Origin: an uncultured Prevotella sp. | GTDB taxonomy: Bacteria; Bacteroidota; Bacteroidia; Bacteroidales; Bacteroidaceae | Assembly: GCA_900543975.1 (NCBI GenBank) | Contig: UQTI01000004.1 | Coordinates: 1,474-65,473, forward strand | Direction: 5' to 3' | DNA length: 64,000 nucleotides | Shown here: positions 8,619 through 18,965 of the stretch, piece by piece | How positions within the stretch are numbered: the first letter of the stretch is position 1 | How the letters are laid out: every line of letters begins with the position of its first letter | The notes under the pieces: model-generated | Seen by the model: only the letters and a program-made list of their open reading frames with translations | What the model was told of the DNA's origin: nothing | Database searches by the model: none | Position numbers and translations under genes: made by a program

Positions 8619-9935
8619 CTATTTTATTATCTCGCAAACGGTTTTCAGACCTTTGATCTTTTCGTTCTTTACCTTTGAGAGAAGAGCCTTGACAGCTGAT
8701 GCGCTGACAGCCACATAAGCGTAACGTTCCTTAACGTCGATCTTGCCTATGAGGGAGCTGTCAAGACCTCCCTTCTTGCAGAGGAAGCCCACAATGTCGC
8801 CACGGCTGATCTTGTCTTTCTTGCCCTTGCCTATGTAGATGGTCTTCATGCGGGGAGCAGCAGGAAGAGGAAGGGGCTCGGGGAGAGCAACCTCTGCAGA
8901 GGGACCGACATACTGAGGCAACGTTTCCTTCGGACCAAGGATGAAGAGGGAGGTGCCTTCGGCCTGCCAACGGGCTGTACGGCCCACACGGTGGATGTAG
9001 GCTTCGGGCGTCTCGGGCAGATGGTAATGGACAACATGGGCTATGTTGTCGATGTCAAGACCACGAGAGGCAAGGTCGGTACACACCATGACGTTGGCTG
9101 ATCCGTTGGAAAAATTGTAGAGGGCTGCCTCGCGTTGCTTCTGGTCCAAGCCGCCATGGAAGGCGCTCACAACGAAGCCTTTGCCCTCAAGGTAACAGGC
9201 TATGCGCTCCACGCTCTCGCGATGGTTCACAAACACGATGGTGCTGTCGGCTGACGTGGTGCAAAGGTAAGCGTAGAGGGTGTCGAGCTTGTCGTTGACA
9301 GGGCTGTGAAGAACCTGAAGCTCTATGCGCTGGCGCACGTCGGCGCTGTCTTCAAGATAGTTGACAAGCTCCACGTTCTGCATGTTGACGAAACGGGGTA
9401 TGCTGTCGGCGTTGGTGGCTGAGAGGAGGATGTGGCGGTTGGCAAACTTGAGCTTGCCCATGACGCTCATCATCTCGCCGCTGAAGCCCATGTCGAGACA
9501 TTTGTCGAACTCGTCGATCACAACTGTGCGCACCTTCAAGGGCGAGATGTTTTCCTTGTCAAGATGGTCGTTAAGACGGCCTGGGGTGGCGAAGACGATG
9601 TGGGGACGCAGGATGCGCAGCTCACGGTGCTCGTCCATGGCCATGCGACCGCCAAAGGCGGCGTAGCCTCTCACGCCGCAACCCATCTGCTGAAGCACCT
9701 TGGCCGACTGCAGGGCGAGCTCACGCCCTGGCACGATGACGATGGCCTGGACGTCGTCGACGGCGGGGTTCACGGCGCCGACAAGCGGCAGGAGGTAAGC
9801 AAGGGTTTTGCCTGTGCCTGTGGGCGACAGAACGACGATGTCGTGGTTGGTGCGCTCAAAGGCGCTGGCTGTGGCCTTCTGCATGGCGCTGAGCGTGCTT
9901 ATGCCCAGCTTTCTGTATATCTCTTTATTGTCCAT
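8619..9935 (-). CDS. DEAD-box ATP-dependent RNA helicase with a C-terminal DbpA-type RNA-binding domain
   Basis: 438 aa with a Q motif, motif I (SPTGTGKT), a DEFD box, SAT, an HRVGRTAR-like motif VI, and a C-terminal DbpA domain (GDIVGFLCKKGGL...). Confidence 0.9.
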   Translation of the reverse strand: MDNKEIYRKLGISTLSAMQKATASAFERTNHDIVVLSPTGTGKTLAYLLPLVGAVNPAVDDVQAIVIVPGRELALQSAKVLQQMGCGVRGYAAFGGRMAMDEHRELRILRPHIVFATPGRLNDHLDKENISPLKVRTVVIDEFDKCLDMGFSGEMMSVMGKLKFANRHILLSATNADSIPRFVNMQNVELVNYLEDSADVRQRIELQVLHSPVNDKLDTLYAYLCTTSADSTIVFVNHRESVERIACYLEGKGFVVSAFHGGLDQKQREAALYNFSNGSANVMVCTDLASRGLDIDNIAHVVHYHLPETPEAYIHRVGRTARWQAEGTSLFILGPKETLPQYVGPSAEVALPEPLPLPAAPRMKTIYIGKGKKDKISRGDIVGFLCKKGGLDSSLIGKIDVKERYAYVAVSASAVKALLSKVKNEKIKGLKTVCEIIK

Positions 9936-11145
9936 TTTTCTTCTTTATTATTTTTTCTATCTCGTCAAACTCTTTTCCCATATTCAAATTGAAATAGATG
10001 GTGTAAAGGGGTAATCCCCACTTGGCCTGTTCCTCGGGACGCAACTTGCGAAACTGCTGGAGATAAGGCATGGCTCGCTTGTAGAGCTGGCGCTGCTTGG
10101 AGCGGTTCTTACGTGCTTCCAGAATGTTGGCATCATATTTTATGGCCTGGTTGTAGAAGGCCAATCCTGCGTTAAGATAGGCATCGGCGAGCGAGTCGTT
10201 TCGGGCGATGAGCTTGTCGCACATGTCTATACACGCGTCGTAAGCCTGACTCTCAAGAAGCAAGGAGCTTTTGGCAAGCAGGAACACCGTGTTGGTGCTG
10301 TCGGCCTTGAGGGCTTGGTCGCAAAGGGTCATGGCCTGGGAGAGATTGCCATTGAGGTTGAAATAGTGGTCAAACAGGCGGGGAAAATAATACATGCTCG
10401 TGGGGAATTTACCGAAGCCCTGCTCCAAGGTCTTGACATAGAGGGCCGTGTCTTTGACCGAACGATAGGTCTCGGCAAGATACTGGTACTTGTTGTTGAG
10501 ATTGGCCGTGTCTTGAAGAGCGAGACCGAGATAACGCATGGTCTTGTCGTAGCTGTTGAGCTTGTAGCCGCAGAACAACGACATGTAGGCGGCGTTGTGG
10601 GCGTTGGCATCTTTCTCTACGCTTAGGCCGCTCTCGGAAAACAGGGGGCAGGAAAGACACTCAAGGTAGGTGTCGAACATGGTGTAAGCATCGGCATAGG
10701 CTTGCTTCTTGACAAAGAACAGACCGCCGGTATAGAGGTTCTTACGATAGTTGAGAAGGAAGGCGGCATGCTTTTTCCTGTATTTGGGGCGCGACTGGCC
10801 ATGAGAGTTGGGACGCGCGTCTATGCTGTCAAAGGCGGCATAGACCTCAAACATCTTGCGGGCGTTGACGAACAGTTGGGTCGTGTCGTACTTGTTCTTC
10901 AGATACAGTTGTTCGTTACCATTGTCATACTGCTTTTTCACGGCATCGAAAAGGACATCCCATATTTTTGTGTTCTCACGATTGTTAGAATCGTTGAGAA
11001 GTGTTCGCATCATCATTTCCGCTTTGGGCAGATCACGATTGTTCTTAACCATGTCCTTGGCTGAAGAGATGTCTTTCTTTTGCGCAAAACATCCAAGAGC
11101 GGCAATGAAGACGGAGATAAACAGAGGGAGAAATCTTTTGAGCAT
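9925..11145 (-). CDS. TPR-repeat protein with signal peptide
   Basis: 406 aa. N-terminal signal peptide (MLKRFLPLFISVFIAALGCFAQ) and repeated TPR-like helical pairs. Paralogous in organisation to the upstream TPR gene. Confidence 0.6.
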   Translation of the reverse strand: MLKRFLPLFISVFIAALGCFAQKKDISSAKDMVKNNRDLPKAEMMMRTLLNDSNNRENTKIWDVLFDAVKKQYDNGNEQLYLKNKYDTTQLFVNARKMFEVYAAFDSIDARPNSHGQSRPKYRKKHAAFLLNYRKNLYTGGLFFVKKQAYADAYTMFDTYLECLSCPLFSESGLSVEKDANAHNAAYMSLFCGYKLNSYDKTMRYLGLALQDTANLNNKYQYLAETYRSVKDTALYVKTLEQGFGKFPTSMYYFPRLFDHYFNLNGNLSQAMTLCDQALKADSTNTVFLLAKSSLLLESQAYDACIDMCDKLIARNDSLADAYLNAGLAFYNQAIKYDANILEARKNRSKQRQLYKRAMPYLQQFRKLRPEEQAKWGLPLYTIYFNLNMGKEFDEIEKIIKKKNGQ

Positions 11146-11294
11146 AATAAGGAATCGGAATGAATGTGGTTATACAAAAACAATCTGTATGAAGCAAATT
11201 GCATGAAAACAATTCATCTCCCCACATCTTCAACGCTCACGCTGAAAACATGGGGAGACGGGTTGTCTAAAAGGGTGTCATGAGCTTACGGTTC

Positions 11295-12500
11295 TTACTG
11301 GTTGACAAGGCCTTTCAGCTCAGCTGTGCGGCTGTCGCTCTCGCCATAGAGAGCATAGTAGCATTGGTAGAGAGGATAAGCCCAGTTGGCCTCGTTACGG
11401 TTAGGATCGAGGTCGCGTGCCTTCTCAAGGTAGGTTACCGACTCTTCGAGCAGCTTCTTCTGGGCTTCGCCGTCGAGGCTTGCTGCCTTTGCGTTGATGC
11501 AGGCGCCGATGTAGGTGCACATGATCGACTTCTTGGGGTCGATCTCGTGGGCCTTCTTGAAATCGGCAATGGCCTCGTCATACTTTCTCTCGTTCATCTC
11601 GCTCTGGCCTCTGATGGCGTAAGCGAAGTAGCACTTGGGATCCTCTGCCAGCTTCTCGGCAACGAGCTTGTCCTGCTTGTCTTTCATGCCGAGGTTGCCA
11701 TACATGCTTGCCAGGTTGGTGAAGATGGCATCGCTCTTGTCTTTTGCATAGAGGGTCTCAAACTGTGAGAGACACTTTACTGAGTCTTCACGGGTTTTCA
11801 GGGTCTGCTGCATGAGATACATCTTAAGCTCCAGAGCGTCCTTGTAAGAGGCTGTGTCGTTGAGGGCCACGTCGCAGTAGGCGTTTGCCTTCTCCATGTT
11901 CTTGTCCTGGAAAGCATAGATGGCTGCGAAACGGGCAATCTGACCAAGATACTGGTCGGGCATCTTTGCAACGTCGCGGTCGGCGAAGAGCTTGTCGGTA
12001 GCGGTCTCTACATAGAGAGAAAAATATTCGGATGCTGCCTTGGTGTCTTGAGCGTTGCCTGCGTCCTGACCTGCATTGATGAGGTTTACACGCAAAGGCC
12101 ACAGGGTTTCCTGGTTCTTCTTGTGGAACTTGGGAGCAATCTTGCCCTTGGCGTTGGGCATGTTGTCATACTTGTCACACTCCATTGCGTCCTTGAGAGC
12201 TGTGCAGATGGCCTTGTTGTAACCCACGGTGTCATAGGGCTCTACCTTGCCCTGACCGAGCTGCTGAGCCACAGCGTTGCCGCTGATGGTTGCGCTCTCG
12301 TGGTTGATCTTCTCCATAGAGAGCTGCACGAGCTTGTTGTAGGCCTTGGCCTTTGACTCGTTGTCAAGAGAAGCGAGGCTGCTCTGCAAGAGGGTCTGGG
12401 CTTCAGAATAGGTTTTTGCTTTTAGGATGGGCTTGACATCCTGAGCAAGGGCCGTTGTGGCAGCTGCTGCCATAAGGGCCATGATCATGAGTTTCTTCAT
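11295..12500 (-). CDS. TPR-repeat protein with signal peptide
   Basis: 401 aa with a signal peptide (MKKLMIMALMAAAATTALAQ) and multiple TPR-like motifs (AYxxxG...Y..A). Confidence 0.65.
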   Translation of the reverse strand: MKKLMIMALMAAAATTALAQDVKPILKAKTYSEAQTLLQSSLASLDNESKAKAYNKLVQLSMEKINHESATISGNAVAQQLGQGKVEPYDTVGYNKAICTALKDAMECDKYDNMPNAKGKIAPKFHKKNQETLWPLRVNLINAGQDAGNAQDTKAASEYFSLYVETATDKLFADRDVAKMPDQYLGQIARFAAIYAFQDKNMEKANAYCDVALNDTASYKDALELKMYLMQQTLKTREDSVKCLSQFETLYAKDKSDAIFTNLASMYGNLGMKDKQDKLVAEKLAEDPKCYFAYAIRGQSEMNERKYDEAIADFKKAHEIDPKKSIMCTYIGACINAKAASLDGEAQKKLLEESVTYLEKARDLDPNRNEANWAYPLYQCYYALYGESDSRTAELKGLVNQ

Positions 12501-12555
12501 ATATCAAAAATTAATAATAAATGTGAATTGTCTGTTATGTGTCAACGGCCTATTA

Positions 12556-15267
12556 TCAGTCGTTGGTGAAGAAATCGGTTCCGGCAAACAGGTCGCCAGG
12601 ACCATCGTTGTTCTTCTTTTCATCCTTTGAAGCGGCACCTTCATTTGCGTCATCTGTCTCCGTTGCTTCGCCAGCTTGTGCTGTTACGGGAGCTTCAGAA
12701 GCCTCGGTTGCCCCGTCGGCCGAAGACGTGGCTGTGTGGTCGCTGTTTATGAGTTCCTGCTTCTCGTTGAAGGTCGACTGGCTGTCTTCCTCTACCGAGG
12801 CTTCGAGCTCGCTGCTCATGACCTTGCACACGCTTGCGATGACGTCGTTCTTCTTGGCGAGGTTGATGAGACGAACGCCCTGTGTGGCGCGTCCCATAAC
12901 ACGACACTCGGCTACAGAAAGACGAATGGCGATGCCGCTACGGTTGATGATCATGAGGTCGTTGTCGTCGGTAACGTTCTTGATGGCTACCAGACGGCCT
13001 GTCTTCTCCGTGATGTTGAGGGTCTTCACTCCCTTGCCGCCACGCGCTGTCTTGCGATAGTCTTCAACCTGTGAGCGCTTGCCGTAGCCTTCTTCTGAAA
13101 CGACCATGACGGTCTCGGTGGCTGCGTCGTTAACGACAATCATGCCTATCACGGCATCGTCGCCATCGTCGAGCTTCATGCCGCGCACACCTGTTGACAC
13201 ACGACCCATGCAACGCACGTCGGTCTCGTTGAAACGAACGGCACGACCGTTGCGGTCGGCAATGATAAGCTCGTTGTGGCCGTTGGTCAGACGCACGTCA
13301 ACCACCTCGTCGCCATCGGCAATGTTGATGGCTATAACGCCGTTGGCACGCGGACGCGAGTAGGCCTCAAGAGAGGTCTTCTTGACCGTTCCGTTCTTGG
13401 TGGCGAACACCACATAGTGGGACTTGACAAACTCTTCATCGTCAAGACCACGGAGGCGCAGAAGGGCGTTGACCGAATCGTCGCTCTCGATGTTGAGCAT
13501 GTTCTGTATGGCGCGACCCTTGAAGTTTTTGTCGCCCTCGGGAATCTCGTAGCACTTGAGCCAGTAGCAACGACCCTTGCGTGTGAAGAACAGCATGGTC
13601 TGATGCATAGTGGCGGGATAGATATACTCGGTAAAGTCTTGTTCGCGTGTGCGTGCGCCCTTGGCTCCCACTCCACCTCTTGCCTGCTCGCGGAACTCGC
13701 TCAGCGGCGTGCGCTTGATGTAGCCCAGATGGCTCACCGTTATCACCACGGGGTCGTTGGGATAGAAGTCTTCGGCGTTGAACTCGTGCTCGTAAGGCTT
13801 GATCTCGGTACGACGGGCATCGCCATACTTTTCCTTAACCTCCTGAAGCTCATCCTTCATGACCTGCTTGCACAGTTCTGGATCGTCAAGGATTGCCTGC
13901 AAATGGGCGATGAGCTTCTCCAGCTCTTCATACTCGTTGCGCAACTGGTCCATGCGCAGACCTGTGAGCTGTGCCAGACGCATGTCTACGATGGCCTTCG
14001 ACTGGAGCTCGTCAAGCTCGAAACGCTTCTCAAGGTTGCGCTGGGCGTCGACGGGGGTCTTGCTGGCTCTGATGATGTGGACCACCTCATCGATATTGTC
14101 GCACGCGATGATGAGACCTTGTATGATGTGGGCACGATCCTGTGCTTTCTTCAGGTCAAACTTGGTACGGCGAATCACAACATCGTGACGATGCTCTATA
14201 AAGTGGGCGATGCAGTCTTTCAGAGAGAGAAGACGCGGACGACCCTTCACCAAGGCAATACAGTTGACAGAGAACGAGCTCTGCATGGCTGTCATCTTGT
14301 AGAGCTTGTTGAGGATCACGTTGGCGTTGGCATCGCGCTTAACGTCAACCACGATACGCATGCCTTGACGGCCTGACTCGTCGTTAACGTTTGAGATGCC
14401 GTCGAGACGTCCTTCCTTTACAAGGTCGGCAATGTTTTCAACGAGCTGCGCCTTGTTGACACCATAAGGAATCTCGGTAACGACAATCTTGTCGTGGGTG
14501 TCGCCACTCTCGATCTCCGACTTGGCACGCAACACAATGCGGCCACGTCCTGTCTCATAAGCATCCTTAACGCCCTGTAGACCATAGATATATGCTCCTG
14601 TCGGGAAATCGGGAGCCTTGACAAACTGCATGAGGCCCTCGGTGTCGATGTCAGGATTGTCGATGTAAGCGCAACAGCCATCGATAACCTCCGACAGGTT
14701 GTGGGTCGGAATGTTTGTGGCCATACCTACAGCAATGCCGTTTCCGCCATTTACCAAGAGGTTGGGAATGCGGGTAGGCATAACTGAGGGTTCTGCCAGG
14801 GTGCCGTCAAAGTTGGGCACCATGTCAACAGTATCTTTCTCAAGGTCGTCCATAATGTGCTCACCCATCTTCGAGAGGCGGCACTCGGTGTAACGCATAG
14901 CAGCTGGTGAGTCGCCGTCAACAGAACCGAAGTTGCCGTGACCGTCGACAAGCATGTAACGCATGTTCCAGTCCTGACCCATACGCACAAGCGCACCATA
15001 AACAGAAATGTCACCATGGGGGTGATACTTACCCAACACCTCACCTACAACACGCGCACACTTCTTGTAGGGGCTATTGCTTGTGTTGCCGATGCCCAAC
15101 ATGCCGAAGAGTATGCGGCGGTGAACAGGCTTGAAACCATCGCGCACATCAGGGAGCGCACGGGCCACAATCACCGACATACTGTAGTTGATGTAAGAGG
15201 TCTTCATCTCCTCCTCGATATTGACCTTCAAAATTCGGTCCATATCAAATGTCTGATTTTCGTCCAT
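12556..15267 (-). CDS. gyrA: DNA gyrase subunit A
   Basis: 903 aa. The N-terminal region carries the catalytic Tyr segment (AMRYTE), the GyrA box (QARGGKGV-like KTARGGKGVKT) and a beta-pinwheel C-terminal domain, followed by an acidic C-terminal tail. Confidence 0.9.
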   Translation of the reverse strand: MDENQTFDMDRILKVNIEEEMKTSYINYSMSVIVARALPDVRDGFKPVHRRILFGMLGIGNTSNSPYKKCARVVGEVLGKYHPHGDISVYGALVRMGQDWNMRYMLVDGHGNFGSVDGDSPAAMRYTECRLSKMGEHIMDDLEKDTVDMVPNFDGTLAEPSVMPTRIPNLLVNGGNGIAVGMATNIPTHNLSEVIDGCCAYIDNPDIDTEGLMQFVKAPDFPTGAYIYGLQGVKDAYETGRGRIVLRAKSEIESGDTHDKIVVTEIPYGVNKAQLVENIADLVKEGRLDGISNVNDESGRQGMRIVVDVKRDANANVILNKLYKMTAMQSSFSVNCIALVKGRPRLLSLKDCIAHFIEHRHDVVIRRTKFDLKKAQDRAHIIQGLIIACDNIDEVVHIIRASKTPVDAQRNLEKRFELDELQSKAIVDMRLAQLTGLRMDQLRNEYEELEKLIAHLQAILDDPELCKQVMKDELQEVKEKYGDARRTEIKPYEHEFNAEDFYPNDPVVITVSHLGYIKRTPLSEFREQARGGVGAKGARTREQDFTEYIYPATMHQTMLFFTRKGRCYWLKCYEIPEGDKNFKGRAIQNMLNIESDDSVNALLRLRGLDDEEFVKSHYVVFATKNGTVKKTSLEAYSRPRANGVIAINIADGDEVVDVRLTNGHNELIIADRNGRAVRFNETDVRCMGRVSTGVRGMKLDDGDDAVIGMIVVNDAATETVMVVSEEGYGKRSQVEDYRKTARGGKGVKTLNITEKTGRLVAIKNVTDDNDLMIINRSGIAIRLSVAECRVMGRATQGVRLINLAKKNDVIASVCKVMSSELEASVEEDSQSTFNEKQELINSDHTATSSADGATEASEAPVTAQAGEATETDDANEGAASKDEKKNNDGPGDLFAGTDFFTND

Positions 15268-15510
15268 TAAATGTATTTATGTTTGTTCTTATTTATTCTC
15301 GTTTTACGACTTGCTTGTTGTGTGCGCAGCAACATGGCATTTTCTCACAAAAACAGGCTATAAGGCCATTCTTTTTGCCTCTGACGCGTTCAGCACACTT
15401 TATTAGGCTGTAAAATTAAGCATTTTTATCCACACTGGCAAGCCTTGAGGCGTTTGTGTGTGTTATTTTAAGTTAACAAGCAAGATTTGAGTGAAGTATT
15501 AAAAAGGGTG

Positions 15511-15558
15511 TCAAGCAAAAAGCCTTGCTCCTCATCTGTTTGATGTGAAGCAAGGCTT
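15511..15558 (-). terminator. intrinsic terminator for the rpmB-rpmG-DUF4295 transcript
   Basis: A 10-bp perfect stem (AAGCCTTGCT / AGCAAGGCTT) followed on the minus strand by TTTTTGC. Confidence 0.45.
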
Positions 15559-15616
15559 AAACCTTTATATCTCTTGCCACGAAGGCAATAGATGAAAATT
15601 GAAATTCAAATTAAGA

Positions 15617-15775
15617 TTACTTCTTGAAGAAGTCCTTAACAGCCTCATTGGGAACCATACGCTCGTCAAAAACGTAAGCGCCGGTCTTGGGGCTCTTTAC
15701 CATCTTAATAACCTTTGTGTATGCGCGACCATCCGTAGATCCTTCATGGAGGGTAGCGACCGCTTTCTTTGCCAT
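15617..15775 (-). CDS. DUF4295-like small protein
   Basis: Translates to MAKKAVATLHEGSTDGRAYTKVIKMVKSPKTGAYVFDERMVPNEAVKDFFKK (52 aa). Conserved placement just downstream of rpmG in Bacteroidetes. Confidence 0.6.
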   Translation of the reverse strand: MAKKAVATLHEGSTDGRAYTKVIKMVKSPKTGAYVFDERMVPNEAVKDFFKK

Positions 15776-15784
15776 AGTGTGTTA

Positions 15785-15976
15785 TTATTTAATCTCCTTG
15801 TGAAGAGTCATCTTCTTAAGGATAGGGTTGTATTTCATAAGTTCCATGCGCTCAGGAGTATTCTTGCGGTTCTTGGTTGTCACATAGCGACTTGTTCCGG
15901 GAAGACCGCTCTCCTTCATCTCTGTACACTCCAGAATAACCTGTACTCTGTTGCCTTTTGCTTTCTTAGATGCCAT
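15785..15976 (-). CDS. rpmG: 50S ribosomal protein L33
   Basis: 63 aa [51 protein letters not shown], a typical L33. Confidence 0.85.
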   Translation of the reverse strand: MASKKAKGNRVQVILECTEMKESGLPGTSRYVTTKNRKNTPERMELMKYNPILKKMTLHKEIK

Positions 15977-15981
15977 CGTTA

Positions 15982-16245
15982 TTACTCTCCTATTACTTTA
16001 ATGTCCTTCCAGTCTACATAGCCATTAGACACAGCCGACTTAAGAGCAGCGTCAAGACCTACCTTATTGATGAGGCGCAGACCTGCTGCACTAATTTTGA
16101 GGCGAATCCAGCAGTCTTCTTCTACATAGAAGAATTTCTTGCTGAACAAGTTCACATCAAAGCTACGCTTTGTGCGGTGCTTTGAATGAGAAACATTGTT
16201 TCCAATCTGGGCTTTTTTACCAGTAATCTGACAAATTTTCGACAT
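15982..16245 (-). CDS. rpmB: 50S ribosomal protein L28
   Basis: 87 aa [33 protein letters not shown]..., a typical L28. Confidence 0.85.
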   Translation of the reverse strand: MSKICQITGKKAQIGNNVSHSKHRTKRSFDVNLFSKKFFYVEEDCWIRLKISAAGLRLINKVGLDAALKSAVSNGYVDWKDIKVIGE

Positions 16246-16443
16246 TTCTATCTAAATTTTTTGTTTTCTTTTTTGATACTTATTCCAAACAGAATGCAAA
16301 ATTAGTATTTTTTTTCTTTGCAGCAAAACTTTCGCATGTCCAGATGCGTTTTTTAAGTTTTTTTTTCTTTTAAACCGCTCTAAAAGGGCAGAAATAAGAG
16401 AAAAACAAAGAAAATCAGCAGTTTAGAACAAAAAACATGCATT

Positions 16444-17481
16444 TTACATTATGCCATCCTCGCGCAACTTGAGCTGCCATTTCCAGGCTGAGCGAAGCAC
16501 GTCCTCAAGAGGAGTCTCTGCCTTCCATCCAAGAACCTTGTTGGCCTTGTCTACATTGCCCCACACCTTCTCTATATCGCCTTCGCGACGGGGAGCATAT
16601 GCCCAGTTGACCTTTACACCTGTGGCCTTCTCAAAACCTTCTACAACCTCAAGGGTAGAAACGCCCTTGCCTGTGCCGATATTGAAAATTTCAACCGGCT
16701 CGGTTTCCTGGTCAAGCACACGCGCCATGGCCTTAACATGGGCCTTGGCAAGATCTACGACATAGATATAGTCGCGAATGCATGTACCGTCGGGTGTGTT
16801 ATAGTCGTTTCCAAAGATCTTGAGTTCTTTACGCACGCCTATGGCTGTCTGTGTGACGAAAGGTATGAGGTTCATGGGCACGCCGTTGGGCAACTCGCCA
16901 ATGAGGGCTGAGGGATGAGCGCCGATGGGATTAAAATAGCGAAGGATGATCGACTTCACATTTGCTCCACTATGGATGTAGTCGTGAATAATCTCCTCGT
17001 TAATCTGCTTGGTGTTGCCATAAGGCGAGAGAGCCTTTTGTATGGGAGCCTCTTCTGTTACGGGGAGATTCTCTTTTGACGGCTGACCGTAAACGGTGCA
17101 GCTTGAAGAGAAGATTATTCCTTTGACGCCGTAAACTGGCATGAGTTCAAGAAGGTTGACAAGAGAAACGATATTGTTGCGATAGTAGAGCAAAGGCTTC
17201 TCTACGCTCTCTCCTACTGCCTTAGACGCAGCAAAATGAATGATGCCGTTGATACCAGGATACTTCTTGAAAACGTTCTCCGTAGCCTCCTTGTCGCGAA
17301 GGTCGACATTTTCAAAGGCAGGACGCACACCTGTTATCTTTTCTATACCATCAACCACCTCAGCCTTTGAGTTTGAGAGGTTGTCTACGATTACCACATT
17401 GTAGCCTGCTTCGATGAGCTCTACGGTGGTATGGGAACCTATGAAGCCCGTACCGCCTGTCACAAGAATTGTCTGTTTCAT
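16444..17481 (-). CDS. galE: UDP-glucose 4-epimerase
   Basis: 345 aa with a Rossmann GGTGFIGSH motif, a YxxxK catalytic motif (YGNTKQ) and SDR-extended-family length. Confidence 0.9.
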   Translation of the reverse strand: MKQTILVTGGTGFIGSHTTVELIEAGYNVVIVDNLSNSKAEVVDGIEKITGVRPAFENVDLRDKEATENVFKKYPGINGIIHFAASKAVGESVEKPLLYYRNNIVSLVNLLELMPVYGVKGIIFSSSCTVYGQPSKENLPVTEEAPIQKALSPYGNTKQINEEIIHDYIHSGANVKSIILRYFNPIGAHPSALIGELPNGVPMNLIPFVTQTAIGVRKELKIFGNDYNTPDGTCIRDYIYVVDLAKAHVKAMARVLDQETEPVEIFNIGTGKGVSTLEVVEGFEKATGVKVNWAYAPRREGDIEKVWGNVDKANKVLGWKAETPLEDVLRSAWKWQLKLREDGIM

Positions 17482-17605
17482 AATATAATATCAAGTGTTT
17501 TTTAATGTTGTCCTTAGGATTTGCTTATTTTCTTTTAGAATTGTGCCTATTGGTTTGTTATTTTTATTGTGTTTATTGACTTTAGAAGCAAACAGAGAGT
17601 GTGTA

Positions 17606-18208
17606 TCATTTTAGTCCAAACAAGGTTTTAAGACCAAGATCCACGCCGCTGAAGCCCATAAAAGCCAATGACAACAGACCTGCCGTTACGAGCACTATGC
17701 TCACGCCCCTCATGCCCTTAGGCACGTTGACAAGCGACAACTGCTCACGAAGACCGGCAAAGACCACTAACGCCAAGGAGAAACCGACGGCTGTGGAGAA
17801 GGCGTAGACGATGCTTTGCATGAGCGTAAAGTTTTTCTGTATTACGAGAATGGCAACGCCAAGAACGGCACAGTTTGTCGTTATCAGAGGGAGGAAGATG
17901 CCCAAGGCCTGATACAGCACAGGCGACACTTTCTTCAACACGATCTCCACAATTTGCACCAACGCCGCGATAATAAGCACGAACGCGATGGTCTGAAGAT
18001 ACTCAAGGCCAAAAGGCATGAGAACGGTCTTCTGAACAAGATATGTCACTATGGTTGACAGCGTGAGCACAAAAGCCACAGCCATGCCCATGCCCAAGGC
18101 CGTATCTATTTTTTTTGACACGCCTAAGAACGGACAGATTCCAAGAAACTGTGACAGGACGATATTGTTGACGAATATCGCAGATATGAATATGAGTAAA
18201 AACTCCAT
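17606..18208 (-). CDS. rnfA: Rnf electron transport complex subunit A
   Basis: 200 aa polytopic membrane protein of the RnfA/NqrE family, last gene of the rnf cluster. Confidence 0.8.
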   Translation of the reverse strand: MEFLLIFISAIFVNNIVLSQFLGICPFLGVSKKIDTALGMGMAVAFVLTLSTIVTYLVQKTVLMPFGLEYLQTIAFVLIIAALVQIVEIVLKKVSPVLYQALGIFLPLITTNCAVLGVAILVIQKNFTLMQSIVYAFSTAVGFSLALVVFAGLREQLSLVNVPKGMRGVSIVLVTAGLLSLAFMGFSGVDLGLKTLFGLK

Positions 18209-18273
18209 GTCGCTTTATTTTTTTATTTTTTTGTTTGTGTTTCTTCTCGAAAGGATGTCTTATCTTGAAAAAA

Positions 18274-18852
18274 CTATTTCATCTTGTTTACGGCTGCAAT
18301 AAGATATCCGAGCGTGATAAACGCTCCAGGAGGAAGGATGAAGACGAGGGCGCCATATTGTTCAGGCACAATAGAGAGACCGAACAAGGTACCTGTACCA
18401 AGAAACTCGCGCAGCATGCCAAGAAGAGTCAAACCAAGGGTAAAGCCTAATCCCATGCCAGCGCCGTCGAACAAGCTTGCCACAACCGTGTTCTTGCAAG
18501 CAAAGGCTTCTGCACGCCCCAAGATTATACAGTTGACCACTATAAGAGGAATATAGAGACCCAACGATGCATTGACAGAAGGCATCCATGCAGCCAAAGC
18601 CATCTGTAGAACGGTAACAAAGGAAGCAATAAGCACCACAAACACAGGTATGCGGACCATGTCGGGCGTTACCTTCTTAATGACAGACACAGCTACATTG
18701 GAACAGATGAGCACAAACGTGGTGGCCAAACCCATGGACAAACCGTTCACAGCCGATGTGGTTGTGGCAAGAGTGGGACACATGCCAAGGAGCAGAACAA
18801 ACGTGGGGTTCTCCTTCAACAGTCCGTTAAGCAATATCTTCAGATTTTTCAT
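18274..18852 (-). CDS. rnfE: Rnf electron transport complex subunit E
   Basis: 192 aa RnfE/NqrD-like membrane protein (LLLGMCPTLATTT...). Confidence 0.8.
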   Translation of the reverse strand: MKNLKILLNGLLKENPTFVLLLGMCPTLATTTSAVNGLSMGLATTFVLICSNVAVSVIKKVTPDMVRIPVFVVLIASFVTVLQMALAAWMPSVNASLGLYIPLIVVNCIILGRAEAFACKNTVVASLFDGAGMGLGFTLGLTLLGMLREFLGTGTLFGLSIVPEQYGALVFILPPGAFITLGYLIAAVNKMK

Positions 18853-18965
18853 CTATATTTATATTGTATTCTTTTATTTCATTATTATAACATGCCGTTT
18901 TTTTGCTTTGCAAGACAAGTTTCTTGCACCAACAAGCCAAGCCTTTAACACAAACAAGCCGAGCC

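Noticed and set aside
13276-14376. 366-aa + strand ORF antisense to gyrA
   Set aside because: It is embedded in the conserved gyrA CDS and has no recognisable motifs.
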